Assembly (NCBI GenBank): GCA_964016885.1
Contig: OZ024743.1
Span: 352,470,001-352,534,000, forward strand
Direction: 5' to 3'
Origin: Eledone cirrhosa
Taxonomy: Eukaryota
Length of the DNA stretch: 64,000 nt
The translations under genes and the position numbers were made by a program. Below are positions 22,626 through 35,716 of this stretch, one piece after another (positions within the stretch are counted from its first letter, which is position 1; the number at the start of each line of letters is the position of its first letter). The notes beneath the pieces were generated by a model that saw only the letters and a program-made list of their open reading frames with translations, was not told the origin of the DNA and did not search any database.

Positions 22626-22769
22626 GATTAGAGCAGCGATTCTTCGCTTAAACTTAAATCTATACTAATAATAAATATTAGCTCTAAGGGTTTTATATTT
22701 ATATATATATATATAATCCTTATCGAGCCCCCTTCAGATTTTAGTCTTCATAGTTATTGTTACTATCGG

Positions 22770-25517
22770 CCGCCCCATCGACTCCGTCTGCAACTGCCCC
22801 ACTGAACTCATCTCCGTCTTTCTCGACTCCATCCTCGCTCCCACCCCCCACCCCCCTCGACACCGCCCTTCCCTCCCACATCTCCGACACCAACCACGCC
22901 CTTCGCCTGTTTGACTCCCTCACTTTCTCACCTGGCCCACACCCCCTTCTCTTCACCCTAGACATTAAGTCACTTTACACCATCACCCCCCACGCCGACG
23001 GCCTACGTGCCCTCCGGCACTACCTTGACGTTCGCCCCTCCCCCGTCCCCTCCAGATACTGACTTCGAGACTCAGGTCCTGTCTCTGGTCAGCCATTTAA
23101 TCCGGAGAGGTTACCTCCTCCCTCGTCCACGCCGGCTTCAGTCGCGCCCGCGCTGTCCACCTCTCCACCGCCCTCACCCCACGCCCCTGTGACCCCACCC
23201 ACCGTCTCCCCTTCCCCTCACTTACAACCCCTCCACCCTACCACTCCACCGCACCATCCTCCGCCTCTTCCGACGTCTCCAATCCGACCCCTCCATCCCA
23301 CCCATCTTCCCATCCCCACCCTTCCCACTCTTCAAACGTGCGCGTAACTTCCGCAACCTCCTCGTCCGCAGCTCCCTGCCCCCAACCCCGTTCCCCCCTG
23401 GTTCACTTACCTGCTCCAGACCTCGCTGCCACACCTGCCCCCACATCAACAACACCACCACCTTTCAGGGTCCCAACGGCCACTCTCTCTCTGTCCGGCA
23501 TGCCTTCCGCTGCACCTCCTCCAACCTCGTCTACGGAGTTCGCTGCACGGAGTGCAACGTAACCTATGTCAGACAGACCGGACGTCACCTGGCGGATCGG
23601 TTCACGGAGCACGTCCGAGATATTCGTCTCGGCGGGAGTTCCCCCATCGCCCGCCAATTTGGTTCCCCTGGACACTCCGCCCACCACCTTCCCGTCTGTG
23701 GCCTGATCGAATGCCAAGGGACGCCAGCAACGCGCCTTAGAGTCGAGCAACACACCATCTTCAACCTGCAGACCCACACACACCCCGGCCTGAACTCCCC
23801 ACCCCTCTTCCTTTAGACTTCGACCGGCCCCTCCCCTACACTCCCAAGATTCCCCGTCCCCTCCCCTTCCAGCCACCCCACCCCACATAATAATACTAAC
23901 ACCCCACCCCTCCCCCTATCACACGCACACCCACACCCTCAACACGCACACACCCACCAGTACATATATACACTCACTCACACTATTCACACACCCTACT
24001 ACCACCACTAACCCCCACCCACACATCCACATCTGACCACCCCACCACTAATAATACTAAACATCCCCCAACCCACCTTCCCCCTCACCACACACACCAG
24101 CACACATACACTCAACTGCACCCACGTACACACTGATACCCCCCCACACACTACCCCCCCAACACACACACGTATTCAACCCACCACCACCACTAATAAT
24201 ACTAACACCCACTCACCACACGCACACACACACTCATACCCAAACACGCACACTCACACCAGTACATTACACTCAGTCATACTGCCCCCAGCACCTTCTC
24301 TCTCTCCCCGCACTAGCCCCCTCCCCCCTCCTCCGCACACACACACATCCCACTAACACATCCACTGATATACACACAACCCCTCCACACACACACACAT
24401 CCCACTAACACCTCCACTGATATACACACAACCCCCCCCCCCACACACACACACATCCCACTAACACCTCCACTGATATACACACAACCCCCCCCCACAC
24501 ATCCCACTAACACCTCAACTGATATACCCCCCCCCCCCTCAACACGCACACCGCCACCCTCTCCCTCAACCTTTCACACATACCCATCCTCTCCCCTGTC
24601 CACCGCACCTCCGCACACACTGACACACCGACTTTCTTCACTTACCATTCTACCCTACTGCTGCTATGCCTCTCTGACCACCTCCCCGCACACACAGACA
24701 CACAACCCTCCTCCTGCCTTGACCCTCTGACCACTTCCTGTTGCGCGCGCACCCCACATCTCCCCTCTTCCGACCAATCTCTTCACGGATTACACATATG
24801 TGAACCTTGATCCCGAGAATCTACCGCATCCCAAGGATTTTACTCAGCATTCCACCACATCCTTTTACGGAATTACCTTTACGACTCACCCCTAGACATA
24901 CACCCCAAAAAATGTTTTTTCCCACACGCCACCTACATCCACAACACGCATAAACACCACACACAGACGTGCGTACCACCACATATTTACACATTCAGCC
25001 TCCTGAATCCTCTCCCCCCACCCCTCTATCCACACACGCACAAACACTCCGACCTACACCCCACCCCACACACACATCATCCTGAACATGCAACCCCGTT
25101 CTTCCCCCAACCCTTGCTTTCACATACACACACACACACACGTACACCTACACACACACACCACCTTCAGCCCTCCCCGCTCGGACACCCCGTCTCCCTC
25201 TCCCCACTCCACCCGCCACCACTCCCTACACGTCCCACAGCCTTCCACCACCTGTTTTACCCCATTTTAATTTTATTTTGATCATGCCTTTATTATTAAT
25301 TTCATTTGCACCGTTTCCTCTCACCCTCTTTTTGCTATATGTCTCTCCACCACTCCCCTACACACCCTTTGAACTCTCTTCCCACACACTTTTCACCTGA
25401 AGAAGGGCTTATGCCCGAAACGTCGTTCCTCACCACCACCCCACTCTCAAGAGCGTGAAACTAATAAACCTTTGTTCGTACTGCCTCTCTGTTTTGTTCC
25501 CGTTCAATTTTTCACTA
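22770..25517 (+). mobile_element. Neptune-like PLE, internally deleted and frameshifted: RT N-part, GIY-YIG, long C/A-rich 3' region and pseudo-LTR
   Basis: RPIDSVCNCPTELISVFLDSILAP; LFTLDIKSLYT; CSRPRCHTCPH...FRCTSSNLVYGVRCTECNVTYVRQTGRHLADRFTEH; HHR motif at 25394, then AATAAA, then (TA)n. Confidence 0.88.
25394..25427 (+). ncRNA. Minimal HHR motif of PLE pseudo-LTR
   Basis: CTGAAGA-A-GGGC-TTAT-GCCC-GAAA-CGTC with loopless palindromic stem III ACGT. Stem I is weak. Confidence 0.6.
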
Positions 25518-25559
25518 TATATATATATATATATATATACAGTATATATATATATATTC

Positions 25560-28500
25560 TATTCTAAGGCGGGTAAAATTCCCGAGATCCATGGACGAGT
25601 TCTCTCCAGCAATCGCTGTGCCTCATTATCGCTGCCTTGTCCTGCGTCTCCAACAGACCAGTGTCTGTCCTTAGGGTATCAATATACGTTAACCTTGGTC
25701 TTCTTCTTCTAGTGTGCGCATTTAGGGGCTCCCAAAGGAGCACTGAGTGCAATGTCAACTCTGGATGTCGGTGAGCATGTCCAGCTAACCTCAGTCTCCT
25801 CTGTCTGACTTTTGAGCTGACTTTTGGGATGCTCCCATACAGCTCTGAGTTTTTCATCCTCAGTGTATACTGATTAATGTTCAGAGCCATCCTCAGCATT
25901 CTCGTGTAGCACCCATCCACCATCTGAGTGAGTTTCTTGGTCAGTGTCCAAGTCTCAGACCCATACAGCAGCACAGACTCCACTACAGCAATGAAGAGGC
26001 GGATTTTCAGGTCTCTACGAACATCCGACTTCCACACCGATCTCAAGCTGTGGCACGCCGCCCAGGCCTTGCTCTTCCTCTCAACCACATCATCCTCCGT
26101 ATTCCCAATCTTTGCTCCCAAATACAGGAAGCCCTCAACCAATTCTAGCGGCTTCCCGCCTACATTAGTGATCCCCTCTGGCTTCTCAACATTCTCTACC
26201 AGATATTTTGTTTTAGTTTCATTCATTCTCAGCCCCACACTCATCGACACAGTCTCAACCTCCCGCATCAAATCCTCTGCCACCTTCACTGTATTTGTCA
26301 CCAAAACTATGTCGTCGGCAAATTCAGCATCCGATACCTTTTTCGCCCTAACTCTCCTGCTCTGAGCCGGTGCTACAGTAAAGCCAGAGTCCTGGTGTTT
26401 CTCCAGTGCAAGGCGCATACAATAGTCCACTACGATGATAAAAAGGTAGGGAGCCAATGTATCTCCCTGGAGCACTCCAGCCAGTATCTCAAAGAACTCT
26501 GTCATCCCATCAGGTGTAATGACTTGGGCTTTGGTGTTGGTGTAGAGCAGTGATATCAGGTCCACTATCTTCTTGGGGATTCCATAAGCCTGTAAGATCT
26601 TCATCAGGCGGTAATGGTCCACAGAATCAAAGGCCTTCCTAAAGTCAATGAAAACCATGACCGCAGGAAGGCACTTTGCTCTAGCTCCCTCTAATATCCT
26701 CCTCAGCATCAGGATGTGACTGGTGGTTGATCTACCCTCTCTGAAGCCGTTCTGGTTGTCCCTGAGCTTCTTCTCCATCTCAGGCTGGATCCTGTTAAGA
26801 ATCATCCTATTGAGGGTCTTTGCCACAAGTGACGTCAGTGAGATCCCCTGTAGTTGTTGGTGTTAGAGAGATCTCCCTTCTTTGGCACTGGGACGATGTT
26901 ACTGATCCTCCACTGAACCAGGGCAACTCCTTTCTCCAGTGCCCCGTTACAGAACCCCAGGATGATATCATCAAAATCACACCTCTTCATCACCTCTGAT
27001 GCCACTCCATCTTCTCCATGAGCCTTGCCCTCCTTGATCCTCTTCTTGGCTCTCTGAAGCTCCTCTCTGGTGAAGGGCTCTGTCTCAACATCCAGTTCCT
27101 CAAACAGCCGCCTGATCTCCCCAGTGCTCTGGGCTGTGGAGGGTGGCTCTCCTAGTAGGGTCCTAAAATGGTCTAGCCATTTCCTCTTCCTATCCTCGGG
27201 CCCCGTTCCCTGGATCTGACTCGAACACCTTCTCTTCCTCCCTGTGATCTCGTTGATGATCATCCAGCTCTCCTTACATCCAGATCTGCCAACCGCTCTC
27301 TCCACACTTCTGATCTTCTCTATCAGTGCCTCCTCTCTGACCTCAGTGTAAGCGGTACAGAGCTCTTCCCTCATCACCTCCACAGTCTCCATCCTCTCCT
27401 CCGTAGGATCAGCATAGAATTGGTCCTTGGCAGCTTTCAGGTGTTCTCTGGCTGCACACACTTTTGGGTCTGCAGAGCTGACGTGCTTCCCTTTGTTCTT
27501 TTTCCTCGGCACCAGGGTTTCACTTGCTTCCGCCACTGCATTGGTGAAGTGCCCGTACCTCCTCGTCACACTCTCCTCAGTCCATCCAATCTATCTCTCC
27601 TCTGACTCTCCACACAGAGCACTAAACCTGTTTCTCACTTCCACTGTGAACCTCTCCTGTAGCTTATCATCTTCCTTGAAAGCTCCCCAGTCATAGATTG
27701 CTCTCTGGGGCCGAGCCTTGCTCTTTCTTAAGCTCACCTGGACCTCACTCATAACAAGCCGGTGGTCACTACCCAGTGTACTGAAATAGTTGTATGGTTC
27801 TGTGTTCAGAACACTATTCCGCCACTTTTTCCTCGCCAGAATGAAATCAATCTGGGACTTGGACAGGTGCATATCTGAGATGTAGGTCCACATCTTCCCC
27901 AGATTCTTCCTAAACCTTAGGTTGGTCGCCATCAAGTTCGCCTCCAGCAGGGTGTCTCTCACTAGTCTTCCATTTCGGTTCGTGTTGTTATGGAAGTACC
28001 AGCAAGGATCTTCACTGCCCTCCTTACTCAGATGTGCATTGAAGTCCCCCAAAACAAGCAGGATATTGTGTGACTGAGTGGTGTTGACAGCTCTACACAC
28101 CTCCTCATGGAACTCTTCCGCACTCACATCACTGTCCCCCTCGGTTGGACCATAGGCTGAGATGACTGTCAGTCTTGGGTTTCCATTGAAGGTCACCCTC
28201 AACACTCGCGGGGAGATAGGCATTATTTCCCTCACCAACAGATTGGTTTTTGCACTGAACACAAAACCCACTCCTCCTACTGCAGCATTTGTTGTGTTCT
28301 TCACTGCCGATGTAGTGATGAGCTGGCTCCTCTTCCCGATCATCACACTCCTCACGGGCTCATCGTGTAGGATCCTGTGTTCTTGGATCGCAAGTATCTG
28401 TATACCACTCTCCTCGAACAGATGTCCCAACTCCTCTCTCTTCTCCAGCGTCCGAATAGTCCTCACATTCAAAGTGCCCATTTTGATGGCTCTTCTGCAG

Positions 28501-28872
28501 GACAAAACTGCATTCTTTATATTTGTCTCAGAGACAGCTGATCCATCATCCACTGGCCCTCTCTGTGGCTCTAAGCCAGCAGAGTCATAACGACCAGGCT
28601 GCTCCTTGACAGTGTAATTAGGGGCTCTAACCCTGGTGCTGTTAGATCGACTCTCCATATTTCTTTTCAATGGCTGACAATACCTTACCGGCGCCACTCG
28701 AATAAGGTAGTTATTTAACCCATCAATGGAGCCCTAACAGGTACTACCACCCCGGGCCAGGGCAGACCTGGGAGTCATGACAACTAAGGGGTAACTCCAC
28801 ATTCCCCACAACTCCTGAACTCCCGAACTGGAGCCTTGCCACTGGATGTAGTTTAATGTCATACCCAGGACA

Positions 28873-28873
<1 letters not shown>
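25560..28873 (-). mobile_element. Near full-length RTE-group LINE, frameshifted (ORF pieces 27591-28697, 26835-27569, 25564-26826), inserted in (TA)n
   Basis: APE motifs GTLNVRT, LAIQEHR, GDFNAH, SQIDFIL, SDHRLV. RT motifs FIDFRKAFDSV, QGDTLAPYLF, FADD, YLG. (TA)n on both sides. Confidence 0.92.
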
Positions 28874-28941
<68 letters not shown>

Positions 28942-29249
28942 TGCATGTTCATGAATGTATGCATGAATGAATACAGTAAGCCAGTGATTCTAACTGTTAT
29001 CATTATCATATATTTTGGTTTCTATTAATTTCCTAGGGAATTATTTGACCAAATGCTTTGCTTATTTGTTTATTTATTGTTTTAAAAAAAGTGTATTCTT
29101 TCTCTAAGCCATTTTTTAAAGATATTTTTTAAAACAAAGCCCCTAAAATAATACAGTGGGCTCCAGTAGTGTTACTGGGGGCCCACTCGCCATTGGGCAA
29201 CCTGGCAACCTGGCAACCTGGTCAGTCCGCCACTGCTGCTAGACTGTTA

Positions 29250-31690
29250 ATGGCTTTGAACTCGTTGCAGGAGTTTAGCTCACTTTTTGTTACCAGCCTC
29301 ACTCTCCTTATGTACTCCTTTTGTATCTGTTCTTTCATACCTGTATGTTGGATTCCATCTCCTTCATTTACTCCAAGATATTTGTAGAACTCTTCATAGT
29401 TAAGTTCCTTATGATAGTTTGTTGCTCTATGACAATATATTTATGGTTAGAGAGCAACCCTCTCTTGACTGTGGCTTTTGCACACTTGTCCAGTCTAAAT
29501 TCCATATACTGTCATCACTGAATTGTTTCACTGTGTGCAGTATACCTTCCAGTTGCCCATCATTGTTTCCAAATAGCTTGATAATATCCATATAAAGAAG
29601 GTATCTGCAGTGTGTGTTGTCTACTTTATATCCATAGCCTGTACTCCGCAGTAACTGACTTAACGGAGCAAGTGACATACAGAACAGCAAAGGGGACAAT
29701 GAGTCGCCTTGGAATATTCTACGATTAATCTTGATCTGTCTAGATTCCAGTGGTCCATTGTGGTGTTGAAGGACTATCGTAGTTTTCCAGTCTGTCATCA
29801 TTGCCTTCAGGTAAGTTGTGATCTCAGGTGATATGTGATACATTTCTAGTGTCTTTATTCTTCATGATCCATGAATGAGGTACGTTGTCGAATGCCTTCT
29901 TGTAGTCTATCCAGGCCATTGACAAGTTTCTCTTTTTCTGTTTGCAGTTTTCCGTTATGAATCTATTTATCAGTAGCTGATCTTTGCACCCATAACTCTT
30001 TCGTTTACAGCCTTTTTGTTCAGGTAGCAATAGAACTCCACAGACGAGGTAATTGTAGACCCTGTTGGTAATCACTGATGTGACGACTTTGTACATTGTT
30101 GGGAGACATATAAATGGTCTGTAGTTTTTTGAATTTTCTGTGCATTCATTCTTCAGTAGAAGATACGTTACGCCAGTTGTCATCCACTTTGGGTCCTCTT
30201 TTGGGTTTGCTACTATCCTGGAGAATTCACCAGCCAAGGCTTCATGGAGCACATCCAGATGTTTCAGCCAGAAATTCTGCAAGCCATCTCTACCTGGTGA
30301 TTTCCGGTTTCCAGCATTGCTGACTGCTGATTTTATTTCTCGTGAGGTTATCTCATTCCATTCTTGGGTGCAAGCAGGGATTTCCAATTGTTCCAGCCAT
30401 GTGGCATTGGAGTTGTGGTCTTGAGAGGTTTTTCCCAGATATTTACCCTGAAGTGTTCAACTTCATCAAGCTCAGGAGGTTGTCTTATTTCAATATTTTT
30501 TTCCTAACTCTCTGTAAAATCTTTTGGCATCTTCGGCAAAGATTTCGTTTTTTTTTTAAAGAAGCTAGCTCTTTTTTTGCATCATCTTAGTCTCTGCGCC
30601 TTTGCCTGAATCTTTTGCTTGATTGAATCAGCAATTTCTGTACAGTCTGCTTCTCAGTTGGCCTTGTATTTCTTCCTCAGCCTAGAAAGGTTTTTTTTTT
30701 TGGGGGGGGGGGGGGGGGGGGCTGATGTTAGTTGCTTTATCTATTTCGGATATGAGAGAGACATCCCTCCGCTACTCTGTAATTTTGTTCTCCAGCTGTC
30801 TCTGCCATTTCGGTATTCCCTTTCTGTTTATTTTCCCTGTTCGTATTTTGGGGTGCAGCTGGCCAGTAATCACGATTACAGTGGCATGTAGCAGCTGGTT
30901 AATGTCATCAAGTGTCAGTCATTTTCCGTGTTCGCCTCTGATTACCTCTAGTGCTTTGTTAGCTAGGTTGACCTTCTTCTTTAGTTGATGCGTGACTTTG
31001 GGCACTTTCTGGAGTTTTGTCCAGTTTATCAAGTCCTGCGTTTTCAGAATCTCCCACTCACGTAGTATCCTTCATAGTCCAGGCAGCAGCATCAACCAGT
31101 GAGACATCACCTAATGTTCATGTTCGGGGAGGTTCTCATCTGTGGGAGTTTCAGTAATACTCCCACCGTCTATTGCTTCTGTTATATACAGGTCCCCTTC
31201 TTGACTGGGGTCATTATGTTGCTCACTTATCTATTCTTTGATGGTTTCCAGTTCTGATTCAGTGAGTCTTTTGCTCCTCATAATGTCCCCTCTCACATTT
31301 GCTAACTTATTCATGTCTATGTATTCTCTGGAGTTAGAGTTCGATTTCCTCCAGATACTATAAGTTTCTTGCGTTGATGAGTTCTCTTTCAGAAACAGTA
31401 TGACAGTATACTACACAGCAATCACTGCTTTGTATTCCTCTCTGATCTATGTTTGTCGTGGCCTTTTAGCATGTACCTTGGTGTTGTCACCCTGTGGCTC
31501 ATTGTGAAGTTTGTCCTTGGTATGAGGGTCACTAAGGGTGTATGGGAAAGGGTTGTTCCATTTGCTGATTTTTCGAATCGATGTGGTTCCACACCGAGGA
31601 ACGCTGTCCTTGGTAACTCGCGTAACAACCGATGTGGTATGTTTTACTTCTTGTTTGTACCATCATGTTGTTAATGGGATTAACAACATT
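29250..31690 (-). mobile_element. Degraded R4/Dong-like LINE, 5' and RT portion
   Basis: [75 protein letters not shown]. Confidence 0.85.
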
Positions 31691-31704
31691 ATGGTACATG
31701 TTGT

Positions 31705-31822
31705 TAACCCGCCGAGGTTAACTTTGCCTTTCATCCTTACGGGGTCGATAAAATAAAGTACCAGTAATGCACTGGGATAATTGCTGGCCTTGTGCCAAAA
31801 GTAGAAACAATTATTATTATTA
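31705..31822 (+). mobile_element. SINE family B, 5'-truncated
   Basis: Matches 8447-8540. Confidence 0.8.
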
Positions 31823-31824
31823 TC

Positions 31825-31912
31825 ATTTCATTTATCTTGCTTTATGTGTCATACGAGTTATCACCAGATCACCTTAAGAGATAACAAGGTCCGCCATTTA
31901 AAAAAAAAAAAA

Positions 31913-31960
<48 letters not shown>

Positions 31961-33390
31961 AGAGAGAGATATGTACTTTTGGGTGTTTAGACTTGTGATG
32001 TACTTATATCGACAGAATTTTCCCAAGTATATGGGCTGTTCCCATTAATACTATATACTATTTCTTCTATATGCAGGTTTCCTGGGATTTTGGGATAAGT
32101 AATCATTAGACCCCTTAAGTATCATTCCTAGAGTGCCTACAACCACTGGTATTGTTTTAGCTCTCATTTTCCACATTTTTCTAATCTCTATTTCCAGGTC
32201 TTTATATTTGCTCAATTTTTCAAATATTTTTATAGATACATTCTTGTCTATAGGAACGGCTATGTCAATTAGCAGGCATACCCTCTTTTTAAAGTCCTTC
32301 AGTATTATATCAGGTCTATTTGCATCTATATTTCAGTCTGTTTGAATGCTAAAGTTCCACAGAATTGAAACGTGACCTTTTTCAAGTATGGGAGGTGGTT
32401 GATGCTCCCACCAATTCTTTTGATGGGGAAGATCAAAATGCTTAAACATTATCCAAATATCCAATGTATGTAGTGTGCCGCTTTTTCATGCCTGTTAAGG
32501 TATTCGGTTGGAGCTATAGGACTGCATATTGAAATTATATGATCAATGGTCTCTAGACGTTTTTTACACACACGGCATAATGGGTTGCATCCATTTTTTA
32601 TGATGTTAACTTGATAATTTTTTGTTGGCAGACACTGATCTTGTGCTGATATAATCAGTCCTTCAGTCTCCGATTTCAGTCCAGAGGATGCCAACCACTG
32701 ATGGGTTAAAGTTTTGTCAGCATCTGGATTGTTAGCTCTTTCTGTGTATTTTCTATACAGAGGCTTTTCTTGCCATTTCTTAGCCAGTTTCTTTAGCAGT
32801 TCTTTCTTTCCAGTTACTTTTACCTGCTTTGCTTTTTCTGTGTTTTTCATTTCAGCAGTAAATGGAACTTCTGAGATTTGTAGTCCATTACTGTATCTTT
32901 GTGCATCTTTTGTAATGGAGTATGATCTGTTGATGCTTTCGTGTTTCAAAACGAGTGTTTGATCATCCAATCATGTGATTCCCTTAGATATGTAGATAAT
33001 CCAACTGTTGCAGTTTTCAAAGAAATATCTAACTGGATTAATCCACACCCTTCTTCTTTCCTAGGGAGATTTGTATCTGCCTTAGGGTGATGCATTCTGT
33101 GCATGGTTAAGAATTTTCGAATTTTTGTATCGAGCCTACGGATCTCTGTGCTTGACCAGTTGATGACATTGTAACTGTAGGTTACTACTGGTATGGCAAG
33201 TGTGTTTATGGCATCGATCCTATTCCTTGAACTTAACTCCGATCTTAGAATTGCTCTTACTCGGCGATAACAATCCTTCCTTATCCTTTCCCTCATTGTC
33301 GAGTGCTTGATTCTGACTCCTTCACAAACACCTAGATATTTGTAAGTTTTTTCTTGATCAAGTTCTCTTATCACGTTCCCCCGATCAAGA
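31825..33390 (-). mobile_element. R4/Dong-like LINE 3' part (CCHC knuckle and restriction-like endonuclease), degraded
   Basis: YKYLGV, HPKADT, ETEGLIISAQDQ, CRVCKKRLETIDHIISIC, RH. Ends in (TAA)n on the minus strand; same family as 37672-38004. Confidence 0.85.
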
Positions 33391-33614
33391 TTAGAGTCTG
33401 AACTTTAGGGCAATGGTAAAGTGTAAAGCAAATTACTTTATAGCATTTAGTTACCCACCTCCTACATGCTGAGTTCAAACAGAACTGGGTACAGCTTTGT
33501 TTTTCATCTCACCCAGACATCAAAAAAATGAATTCCAGTTATCTGCTGTGGAACAATTCAACAGACTTTATCTCCTTGCCCCTCATAAAAAATTCTTGTT
33601 TTGTGCCTATATAA

Positions 33615-33752
33615 AACAGAGTATATTGCTGCGTTTCAGATGACGTCCTTTGGAGCTGAGAAAGATCACACTGACTATGTTTATTTCACATTTAAAATCC
33701 AAGGCCAATGCTACTATTTAGTGGACAGTTTACTCCCCCAGCCTAATAAGGA
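33615..33752 (+). mobile_element. Helitron Rep-region fragment
   Basis: EYIAAFQMTSFGA...FTFKIQGQCYYLVDSLLP resembles the Helitron RepHel N-terminal motif (FQMTSFG..TFKIQGQVYH..GSLLP, recalled from memory). Confidence 0.6.
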
Positions 33753-33765
33753 AGTTTTATTATTG

Positions 33766-33854
<89 letters not shown>

Positions 33855-34021
33855 TATAGCCTCACCTCATACTATAAGCCATAAAACACTTCCAATACAG
33901 TTGTTTTCTCTTTTATCCGTCTTCTCTTAACTGTTCTTCCGGATGAAGTCGGGTACCTCAGTTAGTATAGAAATTAAATGTTAGAGAATACAATACAAAA
34001 TTCTTGAACAAATATATTTAA

Positions 34022-34148
34022 TGGCTTACAATTGTTTCAGAAATCATATCAGAATTCAGCTCATATAAATGAAAATTATCGATTATATAATCGCTAAGAG
34101 CAAATGATAATATAACTGAACAAAGATACGATCTCATCTTCAGAACCA
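34022..34148 (-). ncRNA. Type I HHR with long stem II insertion
   Basis: TGGTT-CTGAAGA-(T)GAGATC...GATTTC(T)-GAAA-CAATTG-TA-AGCCA; palindromic stem III, GUA site. Confidence 0.65.
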
Positions 34149-34229
34149 AAAAGAAAATAATCATAAAATTTAAAAAATACAGGTCACTGAAGATAGGGAC
34201 TATATAAAATGTAAAAGGGGAAGTGTACC

Positions 34230-34318
34230 ACTCGACAAAACAGTGTATACACGCTTCAACAGCATTCTAATAAATATACCTGTACAAGCAATAAAAGTGT
34301 GTATACATTTTTTGGGAC

Positions 34319-34325
<7 letters not shown>
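34230..34325. mobile_element. Tc1/mariner-like terminal remnant
   Basis: TGTATACATTTTTTGGGACACCCTATA resembles a mariner TIR plus TA; a related copy lies at 59221-59284. Confidence 0.5.
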
Positions 34326-34361
<36 letters not shown>

Positions 34362-34461
34362 GTATATATGTAAATATATATATAAATATATATATATATG
34401 TATATCTATCTATATATACATGTGTGTGTGTATATGAATATATGTGTATATATATATATAT

Positions 34462-34520
34462 ACCCCCACACACACCTCTTCCTGAACATGCAACCCCGTT
34501 CTTCCCCCAACCCTTACTTT

Positions 34521-34551
<31 letters not shown>

Positions 34552-35012
34552 CACACCTACACACACACACACACGCACACCTATACACACACACCACCTT
34601 CAGCCCTCCCCGCTCGGACACCCCGTCTCCCTCTCCCCACTCCACCCGCCACCACCCCTACTCACCCCACACCCTTCCACCACCTGTTTACCCCCCCTTT
34701 TAATTTCAGTTTGTTTTGATCGATCATGCCTTTATTTTTAAATTTATCTCATTCCTTGTATTTTGATCATGCTTTATTTTTATTTTTATCTTTATTTGTT
34801 ATTTTTTCATTCGCACCGTTTCCTTTCGCTATATGTCTCTCCAACACTCCCCTACACACATTTTGAACTCTGTTCCCACACACTTCTCACCTGAGGAAGG
34901 GCTTATGCCCGAAACGTCGTCCCCCACCTACACCCCACTCTCCTGAGCGTGAAATTAATAAACATTTATTGTACTGCCTCTCTGTTTTGTCCCTGTTCAA
35001 ATTTTTCCATCC
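34462..35012 (+). mobile_element. Solo 3' region and pseudo-LTR of the Neptune-like PLE in (TA)n, with HHR motif at 34888-34920
   Basis: Similar to 25060-25517; CTGAGGA-A-GGGC-TTAT-GCCC-GAAA-CGTC. Confidence 0.85.
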
Positions 35013-35135
35013 TATATATATATATATATATATATATAGATTTTGAGTTTATGTTGGTTGTATACCAACACCTCAGTATGCAGGCTGGAGCACTCGACGA
35101 AGTGCGCAGGTTGGTTTGGTTACTCCGGAGTAGTG

Positions 35136-35570
35136 TAAAATAAAGTTAAATAAAAGTCAAATGATTAAAATTTAGCTTCGTTTATTACTGCTATATATAT
35201 TTCAGTGACAGCCATCTTTGGCTGTGACCTCTTCAGGCAGTTTGAATTAGTATGGTATAGACAAGTACATATGTTGTTTAGGTGTATGATATTGTCAATA
35301 CTCTGATATGCCCAGTTCCTTGTTGGGTTGTTAATTCACTGGGGAACTGGAGTCATATGACTCCAGTTCCCCAGTGAATTAACAACCCAACAAGGAACTG
35401 GGCATATCAGAGTATTGACAATATCATACACCTAAACAACATATGTACTTGTCTATACCATACTAATTCAAACTGCCTGAAGAGGTCACAGCCAAAGATG
35501 GCTGTCACTGAAATATATATAGCAGTAATAAACGAAGCTAAATTTTAATCATTTGACTTTTATTTAACTT

Positions 35571-35577
<7 letters not shown>
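35136..35577. repeat. Perfect spacerless 442-bp palindrome of a PLE pseudo-LTR
   Basis: Symmetric about GTCAT|ATGAC at 35356/35357; each arm carries an HHR. Confidence 0.95.
35472..35526 (+). ncRNA. Type I HHR (mirror copy at 35187-35241, -)
   Basis: ACTGC-CTGAAGA-GGTCACAGCC-AAAGAT-GGCTGTCACT-GAAA-TATATA-TA-GCAGT. Confidence 0.8.
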
Positions 35578-35645
<68 letters not shown>

Positions 35646-35652
35646 CATATAT

Positions 35653-35714
<62 letters not shown>

Positions 35715-35716
<2 letters not shown>

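Noticed and set aside
29155-29235. Possible DNA transposon end (..GTCCGCCACTG)
   Set aside because: No partner TIR or target-site duplication found.
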